Part shown: positions 1-9,010 of the stretch, in pieces
How positions within the stretch are numbered: position 1 is the first letter of the stretch
Layout: each line of letters begins with the position of its first letter
NCBI GenBank assembly: GCA_003133745.1
Contig: PKZD01000074.1
Coordinates: 3,633-67,632, forward strand
DNA from: Vulcanimicrobiota bacterium
GTDB taxonomy: Bacteria; Vulcanimicrobiota; Vulcanimicrobiia; Vulcanimicrobiales; Vulcanimicrobiaceae
Reading direction: 5' to 3'
Length of the DNA stretch: 64,000 nucleotides
Program-made: the position numbers and the translations under genes
Notes under the pieces: model-generated
What the model was told of the DNA's origin: nothing
Database searches by the model: none
Seen by the model: only the letters and a program-made list of their open reading frames with translations

Positions 1-1371
1 GGGTTCACTCGATTCCGCCTTCCCGACGTGCGCGACGCTCTTTCGATTGTGCGTGTGCGGGGGCTCGCCGTGCGTCTCCCCGGGAAACGCCGCTTCCATC
101 GCGCGTTCCCACGGCGAGGAGCCGCCGGCATCGCGCCGCTTGAACTGCCGAACCGCGATGTCGACCGCGTTCAAGAGCGAACGGCTTCCGAGGCCCATCG
201 CGACCGCGAAGGGCTGATCGTGTCCGCGCAGAGGCGTCAGTTGAAAGTCGGCGGCGACGTGCGCACGCAGGACGATGTCGTCGTCGAAGACGAGATCGAC
301 GTCGCCGCGTCGCAGCGCGTCCACGGCTGCGGCGCCGTCGGCGTAGCGGCGAATCGCCGCCGCCGGAAAATACTTCTGCGAAAATTGCTCCGGCGCGCTC
401 TCCGCGGCGACGCCGACGCGCCCAATCCAGGCCCCGAAGGTTGCGGGGAGCGTCGTCATGCGAGCGTGGAGCGCGCAGAGGTGCGCGACGAGGTAGGGCT
501 CGGAGAAGAGGACCTGATCCATGCGCGTCTGGGTCATCGTGAGCTGCGCGATCGAGACGTCGACGGCGCCGCGCTCGAGCACGTCGCGCTGCGAGAGCAG
601 GATCGCATGACTGCGCAGATCGTCGGGGTTCTTCAGGCGCGTCGCGCGGCGATCGACCCACCGCTGCAGCCAGCGCGGCAAACCGAGCACGAGTGGATTC
701 GTGCCGACCGGCGCGTTCGGTCGAATCTTGCGAATCGCGGCTCGCGCGCGTGCGTGGGCGCGAAAGAGGTTCGGGATGAGCAGCAGTAGCGCGTCGATCT
801 GTTGCGTGGAGGTGGCGAACGGCTCCAAACCCGGCGGCACCGGATACGCGCGCATCCACCAACCCTTCACATAGCCGTAGACGAGTTGATTGGGCTCGTT
901 GATCGTCACGTAGTAGTCAACGAGATCGCCCAATCGCTCGGCGACGACGGAAGCAAACGCAGCGAGTCGATCGGGGAAGCCGGGATCGAGCATGCCCGCG
1001 CCGCCGCCCGCCGCCTGCACGTGCAACGGCCACGTGTTGTGGTGAAGCGTGACGACGGAGACCATGCCCGCGTCGCGGATATATTGCAAGAGGTCGCGGT
1101 AATGCGCAAACGCCGCGTCGTCCCATCCTCCCGCCGACGGCTCCAATCGAGCCCACGAAAGCGAGAGCCGAAACGCCGTGCACCCGAGGCCGCGAGCGAG
1201 ATCGACGTCTTCCCGATAGCGGTTCCAGAAATCGGTCGCACGCCCGCGCGGGACCAAGCCGCGCACGCGCTCCCAGACGTCGCGGATGTCGTCCTGGCCG
1301 GTATATGCTTCGCACTGATGATCGGCCGTCGCGACGCCGAATCGAAATGCGGGCGGAAAGGGCCTGCTCAC
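1..1371 (-). CDS. Glycoside hydrolase family 1 (beta-glucosidase-like) N-terminal part, interrupted or followed by an SBP_bac_3-like solute-binding-type domain. The 3' end runs off the window.
   Basis: Absent from the ORF track because there is no stop inside the window. Hand translation from GTG at 1371 gives VSRPFPPAFRFGVATADHQCEAY..FRLSLSWARLEP..TLHHNTWPLHV..VTINEPN, which are GH1 motifs including the acid/base NEP. It continues with ..GAVDVSIAQLTMTQTRMDQVLFSEPYL..VGVAAES..ALRRGDVDLVFDD, which are type-2 binding-protein motifs. The frame stays open to nt 1. Confidence 0.8.
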   Translation of the reverse strand, partial: MSRPFPPAFRFGVATADHQCEAYTGQDDIRDVWERVRGLVPRGRATDFWNRYREDVDLARGLGCTAFRLSLSWARLEPSAGGWDDAAFAHYRDLLQYIRDAGMVSVVTLHHNTWPLHVQAAGGGAGMLDPGFPDRLAAFASVVAERLGDLVDYYVTINEPNQLVYGYVKGWWMRAYPVPPGLEPFATSTQQIDALLLLIPNLFRAHARARAAIRKIRPNAPVGTNPLVLGLPRWLQRWVDRRATRLKNPDDLRSHAILLSQRDVLERGAVDVSIAQLTMTQTRMDQVLFSEPYLVAHLCALHARMTTLPATFGAWIGRVGVAAESAPEQFSQKYFPAAAIRRYADGAAAVDALRRGDVDLVFDDDIVLRAHVAADFQLTPLRGHDQPFAVAMGLGSRSLLNAVDIAVRQFKRRDAGGSSPWERAMEAAFPGETHGEPPHTHNRKSVAHVGKAESSEP

Positions 1372-1436
1372 CTGCGCGACTTATATCCGTCGCAGTAGGT
1401 CGTTCCTCCGTCAGTGCTTCACATGGGAGCGTGCAG

Positions 1437-2168
1437 ATGAGATTCAGCGGCAAAGCGTGCATCGTGACCGGCGGCGGTTCGGGCATCGGCCGCGCGACCT
1501 GCCTGCAGATGGCCGCGGAAGGGGGCCGCGTCGTCGTCGCGGATCTTCGGCAGGAGGCCGCGCAGGCGACCGTCGATCAGATCCATGCGGCGAAGGGCGA
1601 AGCGATCGCCGTGCAAGTCGACGTCGGCGACGCAAAACAGGTTCAGGCCGTCGTGGATGCAGCTGTCAAGGCATACGGCGCGATCAACGTCATCGTCAAC
1701 GATGCCGCGATGATGACCTTCACGCCGATTCTCGATACAACCGAGGACGATTTCTTCCACGTCATCAAGACGAACTTGGGTTCGGTCTTCTATTTTTCGA
1801 AGTACGGCGCGCCGCACATGCCTGCGGGTTCCGCGATCGTGAACATCAGCTCGGTTCACGCCCACGCGACGACGCAAAACGTCGTGCCCTATGCCGCTTC
1901 AAAGGGAGCGATCGAGGCTTTCACCCGCGGCTTCAGCTTGGAGATGGCGGCGCGTCAGATTCGCGTCAACTCCGTCGCGCCGGGCGCCGTCGATACGCCG
2001 ATGCTCTGGAACAACCCCAACGTCAAGAGCGGGGCCGAAAAGGTCGAGGGCGCAATCGGGAAGCCCGAGGACCTCGCGGCGGCAATCTGTTTCATGGCCT
2101 CCGACGACGCGCGTTTCGTCAACGGCACGACGCTCGTCGCCGACGGCGGACGCTTGGATATTCTCTAA
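1437..2168 (+). CDS. Short-chain dehydrogenase/reductase (classical SDR)
   Basis: MRFSGKACIVTGGGSGIGRA (TGxxxGIG), with NDAAM and YAASKGA (YxxxK) motifs. ATG at 1437 is preceded by GGGAG. The track start at 1305 is an upstream extension. Confidence 0.9.
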   Translation: MRFSGKACIVTGGGSGIGRATCLQMAAEGGRVVVADLRQEAAQATVDQIHAAKGEAIAVQVDVGDAKQVQAVVDAAVKAYGAINVIVNDAAMMTFTPILDTTEDDFFHVIKTNLGSVFYFSKYGAPHMPAGSAIVNISSVHAHATTQNVVPYAASKGAIEAFTRGFSLEMAARQIRVNSVAPGAVDTPMLWNNPNVKSGAEKVEGAIGKPEDLAAAICFMASDDARFVNGTTLVADGGRLDIL

Positions 2169-2189
2169 AGGACGGACGGCTCTCGGGCG

Positions 2190-3425
2190 CTAGAATCCCG
2201 CGATGCCGTTCGGCGTCCCGAGGCCCGCAGGTCCGTTGTAGCCGGGACCGCCCGTGCAGAGATAAGTCGGCGAGCAGGCGCCGTTCGAGCCGGCGAGCAC
2301 CGCGTTGAACGAACTCGCGTGCGCATACGCATAACTCGCACCGGTGATCGACGTAGCGTTCCCGGCAAGCGCGTAGATTGCGGCCGCGATCGGCGCGCCG
2401 ATGCTCGTGCCGCCGTAGACGGCCCATCCGCGCTGACCGAGCGGCGCGTATGTGTTGTACGCGGAGACGCCCGTGAGCGGGTCGCCGACGACCGCGATGT
2501 CAGCGACGGTGCGATTCGCGCAACCGGTATCGTGTTGCCATGCCGGCTTGGGAACGTACGCGCTGCAACCGCTGCTCGTGCCGTTCCAGACGCTCTCGCT
2601 CCATCCGCGGCTCGTTCCCGGCGCTCGCACGAGTGACGTTCCCCCGACCGCCGTCACGTATTCCGAGCTGGCCGGGAACATCACGGCATATCCGGCGTCG
2701 CCCGCTGAGGCGGTCATCGGAATGCCCGGGTGGTTGAAATGGCTGTCGTCGTTGAGTAAGCCTGCGTACTCCGACGTGTAGTAACTGTTGCTGATCTCCG
2801 TCGCGCCGAGGCCCGCCGCGGTATCGACCGCGGACATGAAATCCTCGATGTTCGCGCTGTTCGACTCCACGAGCAAGATATGGCAGTTCGGACACACCGC
2901 GGAGACCATGTCGAGATCGAGTGCGATCTCCTCGGACCACGCGTAGTCGCCCGCCGGGAACGTCCCACCGGCCTGACCGCTTTCATTGACCTTGCGGAAG
3001 CAGCCGTTTTGCGACGTGCACGCGGACAGACCGAACTTCTTGCGGTAAATCGCCAAGTCGCTCTCGGCATTCGGGTCGTCGCCCTTGTCGATCACCGCGA
3101 CGGTCGAGCCGGCGCCGGCCGAATCGGACGCGAGACCATAGGCCGCGCGGAGATCGGCGGGATGGTAGCCGGGAATGATGCCGATCGTTGCGAGCAGGTT
3201 GTCCAGAAAACCGAAGGCGGTGTTCAGGATTGCCGGGCACCGAACCTGACCGAGCTGGATGCCGCCGGTGCAGACCGGCTCGCCGCCGCCGGGAAGCGCA
3301 GCGACGCCGCCCTGCGGAAGCGACTGGTTTGCCGCCGTGGGCAGCAGGGACGAACCGAGTTGGTGACCGCTGCACGCAAAGAGCGACAGCGTGAAAAAGA
3401 GCGCGGTGAGAGTGCGAATGTTCAT
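2190..3425 (-). CDS. Secreted or lipoprotein serine peptidase, sedolisin (S53)-like, without an obvious pro-domain
   Basis: Signal peptide with lipobox-like LSLFAC. Motifs seen are WSEEIALDLDMV (Glu/Asp of the S53 triad region), ISNSYY and GGTSIGAPIAAAIYAL (catalytic Ser motif). Confidence 0.75.
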   Translation of the reverse strand: MNIRTLTALFFTLSLFACSGHQLGSSLLPTAANQSLPQGGVAALPGGGEPVCTGGIQLGQVRCPAILNTAFGFLDNLLATIGIIPGYHPADLRAAYGLASDSAGAGSTVAVIDKGDDPNAESDLAIYRKKFGLSACTSQNGCFRKVNESGQAGGTFPAGDYAWSEEIALDLDMVSAVCPNCHILLVESNSANIEDFMSAVDTAAGLGATEISNSYYTSEYAGLLNDDSHFNHPGIPMTASAGDAGYAVMFPASSEYVTAVGGTSLVRAPGTSRGWSESVWNGTSSGCSAYVPKPAWQHDTGCANRTVADIAVVGDPLTGVSAYNTYAPLGQRGWAVYGGTSIGAPIAAAIYALAGNATSITGASYAYAHASSFNAVLAGSNGACSPTYLCTGGPGYNGPAGLGTPNGIAGF

Positions 3426-4390
3426 CGAGTAGCTCCATCAAGACAGACGTCGATCATGACTTCGACGACGCGAGGGTCAAATTGAGTTCCGCTGCAGCGT
3501 TTGAGTTCTTCGATTGCCTGCAGCGGCGACATCGATTGACGATAGGTGCGAGCGCCGATCATCGCGTTGAACGCGTCGGCGACGGAGACGATGCGAACGC
3601 TGAGCGGTATTCGGCTGCGATCCAGCCCGTCGGGATAGCCGAGCCCGTCGAAGCGCTCGTGATGCGAGCGAACGATCGTGCAGAACTGGTGCAGCGGCGG
3701 AATCTTCGCAATCATCTCTTCCCCGGCGAGAACGTGCTCGCGCATGACCGTCCACTCGTCGTCAGAGAGCGCGCGAGCCGCAGCGAGAATCTCTTGCGGG
3801 GTCGAAATCTTGCCGACGTCGTGCACGAGGCCGCCGCGCGTGACCTTGATGACCTCCGCTTTCGGCAGATCCAACTTCGCGGCGATTCTTCCGGACCACG
3901 CCGAAACGTTACGCGAGTGCTCCGCCGTCCCCGAGTCGATCGAACTGAGTTCGCCGACCAAGCTCGCGAGCAGCACGTCGGTATCGTCGAGCGCGTCGGT
4001 CGCACCGTTTGCCGGCTCCGTGCCGATGTTCGCCAGAATCTGCGCGACGTCGTGGGCCAGGCGTTCGAGATTGTCGCGGCTGCCCGGAGCCGTCTCTTCC
4101 ATATCCCGCAGCGCCTCGCACACCGCAGGCGACGCCGCGGCGAAGACCGCGCGCGCCGGCGTTGAATCCGCGTGCGTGCGACACGTTGCATCGATCCACG
4201 TCATCAGCGGCGTCCACGTGTTGTCGTAGAGCGCTTCCGTTACGCGATCGATGAAACAATCGGCAAACGCACGGCCAAAAACCGATCTGTCGACGCCGAC
4301 GTCGGCGCGGGCGAGAATCGTCTCGCGCACGATGTCGCGTCGCTCTTGCAGCCGTGACGCCGCCGGACGTAGCAATGCCGTAGCCTCCAT
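3422..4390 (-). CDS. HD-GYP domain protein (probable c-di-GMP phosphodiesterase) with an uncharacterised ~150-aa N-terminal domain
   Basis: HDVGKISTP ... HHERFDGLGYPDGL motifs. Its stop overlaps the peptidase start (ATGA at 3422-3425). Confidence 0.85.
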   Translation of the reverse strand: MEATALLRPAASRLQERRDIVRETILARADVGVDRSVFGRAFADCFIDRVTEALYDNTWTPLMTWIDATCRTHADSTPARAVFAAASPAVCEALRDMEETAPGSRDNLERLAHDVAQILANIGTEPANGATDALDDTDVLLASLVGELSSIDSGTAEHSRNVSAWSGRIAAKLDLPKAEVIKVTRGGLVHDVGKISTPQEILAAARALSDDEWTVMREHVLAGEEMIAKIPPLHQFCTIVRSHHERFDGLGYPDGLDRSRIPLSVRIVSVADAFNAMIGARTYRQSMSPLQAIEELKRCSGTQFDPRVVEVMIDVCLDGATR

Positions 4391-4465
4391 ACTGCTTAGT
4401 CTAGCGAGGCACGGAAGGATGCTATTGAGCCAAAGGTCCCGGAGGGCGTGATATTGACAGAAGCT

Positions 4466-5848
4466 TTACTGCGGCACCGGGAGCGATTCGAAGAGGCGCG
4501 CGATCCCGCCGAGATGCTGCTCGCGCATCATGTCGAGCGATTCGAGGACCTCGCCGTGGTTGCGCGCGCCGGACCAATAGGCGTGGACGGCGCGTACGCT
4601 TCGCGCAAGCGCCTCCATCGTCGGCGAATGGTCGAGCCGATTCTGCAGAAACCGCGTCAGCCTCGGCTCGGCATCTGCGACCCCGCTCGCGAGCGCGGCG
4701 GCGAGCGTCAAATACGCCTGCGCCTGCAACGCATGCCTGGTATCGGAGAGCGCCTCATGCATCGCCCACTCCGCCGAATCGACCGAGGTCCGCGCTTCGT
4801 CTTTGAGTCCGGCGGCCGCAGCGTAGAGGGCCATCTCCGCAAAGCGCAGCGCGCGCCGGTCTGCGGTGATCTGCACCTCTGCGCTCTCCCCGAGCAAGCG
4901 ATAGGCCTGCGCGAACTCGCCGTTCCAGGCGCGCCGCAAGGCCTCCACCGGCAGGAGCGCCTCGCCGCTCTCCTCCGGGCTCTGGACGACGTCGACGGCA
5001 TCGAGCGACGCCTCGAGAGCCCGCATGGCCGTCACATTCCCGCGATCCGCTTCGATGTACAACGCACCCATCGTCGCCCAGACGCGAACGTGCGCGTCGC
5101 CGGATTTTGCGGCGCATTCGCCCGCCGCCTCGATGTACCGCAGCGCTTGCTCCGGGTCGCATTCGATGACTTGCGCCAACTCATAGAGGACGCTGTAGCC
5201 GCGCGAGGCGAGATCGTGATTTCCTTGGTGCAGCGCGCACGAGACGGTCTCACGCGCAAAGCGTTTCGCCTCCGCGAACTCCCCGCAGCGCAACGCCGCG
5301 TAGGCGATCTGGTGCAGCGTGCGCGGCTCGCGGCAGGCTCGAACCGAGCGCCCGATCTGGTCCCGCGCGCGCCAAGCCGCGCGACGAGCGTCGTCGAGGC
5401 GGTTCGCCACGACGTAGGCCGTCGAGAGCGTCGCGAGCAGCTCCGTTTCCAGGCTGCTGGAACGCGCAGCGCATCGTTCCAGCGCATCGATGCAATCGGT
5501 GCGCCCCCGGCGCAGAAGTCCGAGCGAGGAGCGGTAGACGAGGCTCGCTTCGAGTTCGGGGTCGCGCGCTAACGCGATCGCCTGATTGAACCATGCCTCG
5601 GCCGCGTCGTGATGCCCCGCCTGCGAGGCAAGCGCGGCCTTGACCGCGATGAGCGCCGCGTCGCGTTCGTCATTTCCGACGAAGCGGCTGAGGCACGTGC
5701 GGACGACGTCGGCCGCCCCGGAATCGATGAGGCTCATGCCATGCCGGTCGAGCAGGCGCAGCACCGCCTCGCGATCGTCCGCCGCGCAATAGCGCGCGAG
5801 CACTTCGGCGTATCGTCCTGCATCATATCGCGTCGACAGCGCAGCCAT
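4466..5848 (-). CDS. MalT-like TPR/helical-repeat protein with no visible NTPase or HTH domain
   Basis: 460-aa Ala/Leu/Arg-rich helical repeats. The N-terminus (AVLRLLDRHGMSLIDSG) resembles the region that follows the NTPase in MalT/LuxR-type STAND regulators. No P-loop or LuxR HTH was seen. Confidence 0.6.
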   Translation of the reverse strand: MAALSTRYDAGRYAEVLARYCAADDREAVLRLLDRHGMSLIDSGAADVVRTCLSRFVGNDERDAALIAVKAALASQAGHHDAAEAWFNQAIALARDPELEASLVYRSSLGLLRRGRTDCIDALERCAARSSSLETELLATLSTAYVVANRLDDARRAAWRARDQIGRSVRACREPRTLHQIAYAALRCGEFAEAKRFARETVSCALHQGNHDLASRGYSVLYELAQVIECDPEQALRYIEAAGECAAKSGDAHVRVWATMGALYIEADRGNVTAMRALEASLDAVDVVQSPEESGEALLPVEALRRAWNGEFAQAYRLLGESAEVQITADRRALRFAEMALYAAAAGLKDEARTSVDSAEWAMHEALSDTRHALQAQAYLTLAAALASGVADAEPRLTRFLQNRLDHSPTMEALARSVRAVHAYWSGARNHGEVLESLDMMREQHLGGIARLFESLPVPQ

Positions 5849-5924
5849 AATCTCCGTTATCTTAGCGGATTTCGCGCGCGCAGCATCGCATCTTTACACG
5901 CTCTGAACGCTCGGGGAGGTCCAA

Positions 5925-6131
5925 ATGGATCACCTGCTCTACTACGCGATGGGCCTTGCCTTCGGGCTGGCGCTCGGCATCGCCGTCGGGCTGACGCTCG
6001 CGAACGAGCATCGCAACCGACGCATACTGCCGCTCGCAATCGGCATTTCGATCCTCTTCGGATTGTTGCTTGGTTATGCGCTCGACGCATACGTCGCGTT
6101 CGTTCACGCATCGGCAACGCTCCCGGCATAA
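5925..6131 (+). CDS. Small two-TM membrane protein (hypothetical)
   Basis: 68 aa with two hydrophobic segments (AMGLAFGLALGIAVGLTL and LAIGISILFGLLLGYAL). A strong SD (GGGGAGG) lies 6 nt upstream of the ATG. Confidence 0.6.
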   Translation: MDHLLYYAMGLAFGLALGIAVGLTLANEHRNRRILPLAIGISILFGLLLGYALDAYVAFVHASATLPA

Positions 6132-6154
6132 GCCCAATCATCCGTTAATCGAAC

Positions 6155-6186
6155 CGAACACCGATCGTGCGACGGCGTTCGTTTTC
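6155..6186 (+). terminator. Putative rho-independent terminator
   Basis: CGAACACCG / CGGCGTTCG stem (one mismatch) with a 9-nt loop, followed by TTTTC, 24 nt after the 5925-6131 stop. Confidence 0.45.
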
Positions 6187-6279
6187 TAGACAGGCGCCAC
6201 AACAGATCGATCCGGTGCGGTGCCTCGGTTCCTGGAACTTTCCTCCAAGAGCCGGAACGGATCGAACGGAGAATACACC

Positions 6280-6594
6280 ATGTTCACGCGCTTCACGGCA
6301 TTCCTCAAACCAACGATCGGCAAAGCGGTCCTCGCCATCGGCATGCTCGCCGCGGCAACCGCCTTCGCAATGCCGCAGCCCGCTCTCGCGGACACGCGTT
6401 CGACGGCCGAGATCGTCGCCGCAGCCGCGCTCATCGTCGGCGCAATCGCCTACGACAACGGCGGCCGTCCGTACTACGTCCGCAGCGGACGTCGCTGGTA
6501 CGTGTCGCCGCAAGTCGCCGGCTACTATCGCGACCACTACCGCTTCAACGATCGCCGTTTCAACGACCGCCGCTTCCACGGCCACGGCCACTAA
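6280..6594 (+). CDS. Small secreted protein with tandem RFNDR repeats and an HGHGH C-terminus (hypothetical)
   Basis: Signal peptide MFTRFTAFLKPTIGKAVLAIGMLAAATAFAMPQPALA. C-terminus is YRFNDRRFNDRRFHGHGH. ATG at 6280 is preceded by GGAGA. The track start at 6220 is probably an extension. Confidence 0.6.
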   Translation: MFTRFTAFLKPTIGKAVLAIGMLAAATAFAMPQPALADTRSTAEIVAAAALIVGAIAYDNGGRPYYVRSGRRWYVSPQVAGYYRDHYRFNDRRFNDRRFHGHGH

Positions 6595-6630
6595 GCGAAG
6601 TCACCCGGGCGACACCTCGCGCCCGTCCGC

Positions 6631-6663
6631 GGAAGCCGTCCATCGCAACGATGGGCGGCTTCC
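6631..6663. terminator. Strong hairpin between convergent genes (probable bidirectional terminator)
   Basis: GGAAGCCGTCCATCG-CAA-CGATGGGCGGCTTCC forms a 15-bp stem with one G-U pair. It lies between the 6594 stop and the egtD stop at 6666. Confidence 0.55.
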
Positions 6664-6665
6664 CG

Positions 6666-7658
6666 CTATTTCACCGTCAGTAAGTTCACGCTGAATCGGC
6701 CGGCCGAGTCCGTCCAATCGGCGCTCACGCGAAAACCGCTCTCCGCGGCCATGGCTCGAACGTCCTCGCGTTCGTACTTGTACGACGATTCCGTGAGGAT
6801 GCGCTCGCCTTGCGCGAATGGAATCTCCGCGTCGATCGCGGCGATGCGCACGCGCTGTTCGCATGTCGACTCTTGGAACGAGTCGACGCTGCCGCGCTTC
6901 TCGTCGTAGTGAACGACGAATCGAAATGTCTTCAGATCGAATGTGCCGCCGAGCTCGCGGTTGATGCGCGCGAGAACGTTGCGATTGAACGCCGCGGTCA
7001 CGCCTGCGGGATCGTCGTACGCGATCTCCAGCGCCTCCGGCGATTTCTTCAAGTCGACGCCGAGCAGGAGCCAATCGCCCGGCTTGAACGACGTCGCGAT
7101 CGTGCGTAGCAATGCAATCGCGTCGGCACGCTCGTAGTTGCCGATGCTCGAACCCAAAAACACGACGAGCACCGGTTTGGGACTTCGCACCGAACGCGCT
7201 TGCAGCGCGTGAATGTAGTCGCCGCATTGCGCGGCGACGATCAAGCGATCGTACTCGGTGACGAGCCGCTCGGCGAGAGGACGCAGCGCCGCCGCGGAAA
7301 TATCGATCGGATGGTAGCGCAGTTCCGGCTGGCGCCGAAGCGCGGCCTCGATCAGCATGCGGCTCTTGCGACCGTCTCCGGGCCCGAGTTCGACGATCTC
7401 CACCTCGCCGACGCACTCGAGGATCGCGTCGGCGTAGCGTTCGAGGATCTCGCTCTCGGCGCGCGTGAGGTAGTACTCGGGAAGGAGCGTGATCACGTCG
7501 TAGAGTGCGGAGCCGATCTCATCGTAGAGATGGCGCGACGCCAGTCGCTTCGGGCTTGCCGTGAGGCCGAGGCGGACGTCCCGCGCGAAGCCGTCGCTCC
7601 AGGAGCTACGGCCTGCGTCGTCAATGGTAAGGCGAGGGGCCGTCTCATGCGGGACCAT
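6666..7658 (-). CDS. egtD: L-histidine N-alpha-methyltransferase (EgtD family)
   Basis: FARDVRLGLTASPKRLASRHLYDEIGSALYDVITLLPEYYLTRAESEIL, ELGPGDGRKS and FLGSSIGNY are typical of EgtD. I prefer the start at M28 (7658), because the track start at 7739 would overlap egtB. Confidence 0.85.
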   Translation of the reverse strand: MVPHETAPRLTIDDAGRSSWSDGFARDVRLGLTASPKRLASRHLYDEIGSALYDVITLLPEYYLTRAESEILERYADAILECVGEVEIVELGPGDGRKSRMLIEAALRRQPELRYHPIDISAAALRPLAERLVTEYDRLIVAAQCGDYIHALQARSVRSPKPVLVVFLGSSIGNYERADAIALLRTIATSFKPGDWLLLGVDLKKSPEALEIAYDDPAGVTAAFNRNVLARINRELGGTFDLKTFRFVVHYDEKRGSVDSFQESTCEQRVRIAAIDAEIPFAQGERILTESSYKYEREDVRAMAAESGFRVSADWTDSAGRFSVNLLTVK

Positions 7659-7719
7659 GGCCGCGTGGATTCGCCGAATCGGGGGAATCTCTCCCGCGAG
7701 CTTCTGCAAGAGGAGCAAA

Positions 7720-8982
7720 ATGATGATCTCAGACATCACGCAGGAACGAGCCGCGCTCTGCGCCGCCTACGAACAGAACCGACGGCGCTCGCACCTGCTC
7801 TTCGACCTCGTCGCGCCCGAGGCGTACGAGGAGCGCCCGATTCCGCTGCGCCTTCCCTTCGTGTTCTACGAAGGCCATATCCCCGGGTTCAGCTTCCTCA
7901 CGTTGGTCCGCCGCGCGTTGGGCGAGAAAGCGATCGACGAGGATCTGGAGCATCTCTTCCAGCGCGGCATCGATCCCGCGAGCCTCGCCGATGCAGCGGC
8001 CGTGTCCCCAGGCCGCTGGCCGCCTCGCGAGCGCGTTCAATCATTCGCGCAAGAATGTGACGCGCGCGTGCGGGATGCGCTGCGACACGCGCGCCTCGAC
8101 GATCCCGACAATCCGCGCCTCGTGCGCGCGGAGAGCGCGCACAATATCATCGAGCACGAGCAGATGCACCACGAGACGTTGCTCTATATTCTCCATCAGC
8201 TACCGCGCGAGCGGAAACGCGCGCTGCCGAGCACCCACCACGACAGAGAACGCCCGCCGTATCGACGCATCGCCGTTCCGGCCGGCGTCGCAACGCTCGG
8301 CGCGCGCCGCGAAGCGATCCCGTTCGGATGGGACAACGAGTTCGATGAAATGACCGTTGACGTTCCCGCTTTCGAAATCGAAGCCGATGACGTCACGAAC
8401 GGCGACTACCTTGCCTTCGTCGAATCGGGCGGAGAGCCGCCGCCGTTCTGGCGTCGTGTCGGCGGCGATTGGCGTTTGGCAACGCTCTTCGATCTCATCG
8501 CGTTGCCGCTCTCGTGGCCCGTCTACGTCACGCAACGTCAAGCGGCGGCATACGCGCAGTGGAAATCTTTGCGCTTGCCGACGGAGGCCGAGTATCATCG
8601 CGCGGCGTTCGGAACGCCGGAGGGAGAGGAGCGCGCCTATCCGTGGGGCGACGCAGCACCTGACGAAACGCGTGGCAACTTCGGTTTCGAGCGCTTCGAT
8701 CCGGTGCCGGTCGGCAGTTATCCCGCGGGTGCAAGCGCATGGGGCATCAACGACTTGATCGGCAACGGCTGGGAGTGGACGTGCACGCCGTTCGCGCCGC
8801 TGCCCGGATTCCGTCCGATGATCTCGTATCCGCTCTACTCCGCGGACTTCTTCGACGGCGGCCACTTCGTCATGAAGGGCGCGTCGCCGGTCACGCACGC
8901 GGCTTTGACGCGGCGCAGTTTTCGCAACTGGTTCAGACCCGACTACCCCTACGTCTACGCAACCTTTCGCTGCGTAGCATAG
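7720..8982 (+). CDS. egtB: Ergothioneine sulfoxide synthase (EgtB family; DinB-like domain plus FGE-sulfatase domain)
   Basis: IIEHEQMHHETLLYIL (DinB-type metal site), GNGWEWTCTPF and RSFRNWFRPDYPYVYATFRCV. ATG at 7720 is preceded by AGGAG (7711-7715). Confidence 0.85.
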   Translation: MMISDITQERAALCAAYEQNRRRSHLLFDLVAPEAYEERPIPLRLPFVFYEGHIPGFSFLTLVRRALGEKAIDEDLEHLFQRGIDPASLADAAAVSPGRWPPRERVQSFAQECDARVRDALRHARLDDPDNPRLVRAESAHNIIEHEQMHHETLLYILHQLPRERKRALPSTHHDRERPPYRRIAVPAGVATLGARREAIPFGWDNEFDEMTVDVPAFEIEADDVTNGDYLAFVESGGEPPPFWRRVGGDWRLATLFDLIALPLSWPVYVTQRQAAAYAQWKSLRLPTEAEYHRAAFGTPEGEERAYPWGDAAPDETRGNFGFERFDPVPVGSYPAGASAWGINDLIGNGWEWTCTPFAPLPGFRPMISYPLYSADFFDGGHFVMKGASPVTHAALTRRSFRNWFRPDYPYVYATFRCVA

Positions 8983-9010
8983 AATCGCCGGAGCCGGCGC
9001 GGGGAGCCGG

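Noticed and set aside
5-1486. Track ORFs 5-862(-), 28-789(+), 802-1398(+), 906-1241(-) and 917-1486(-).
   Set aside because: These are Arg/Ala-rich, low-complexity translations in frames that overlap the GH1/SBP reading frame. That frame carries unmistakable family motifs. The others are typical alternative-frame artefacts of GC-rich DNA.
8983-9010. 7-bp hairpin (AGCCGGC-N7-GCCGGCT) between egtB and the flavin reductase, considered as a terminator.
   Set aside because: The stem is short and has no U-tract on either strand. It is too weak to annotate.
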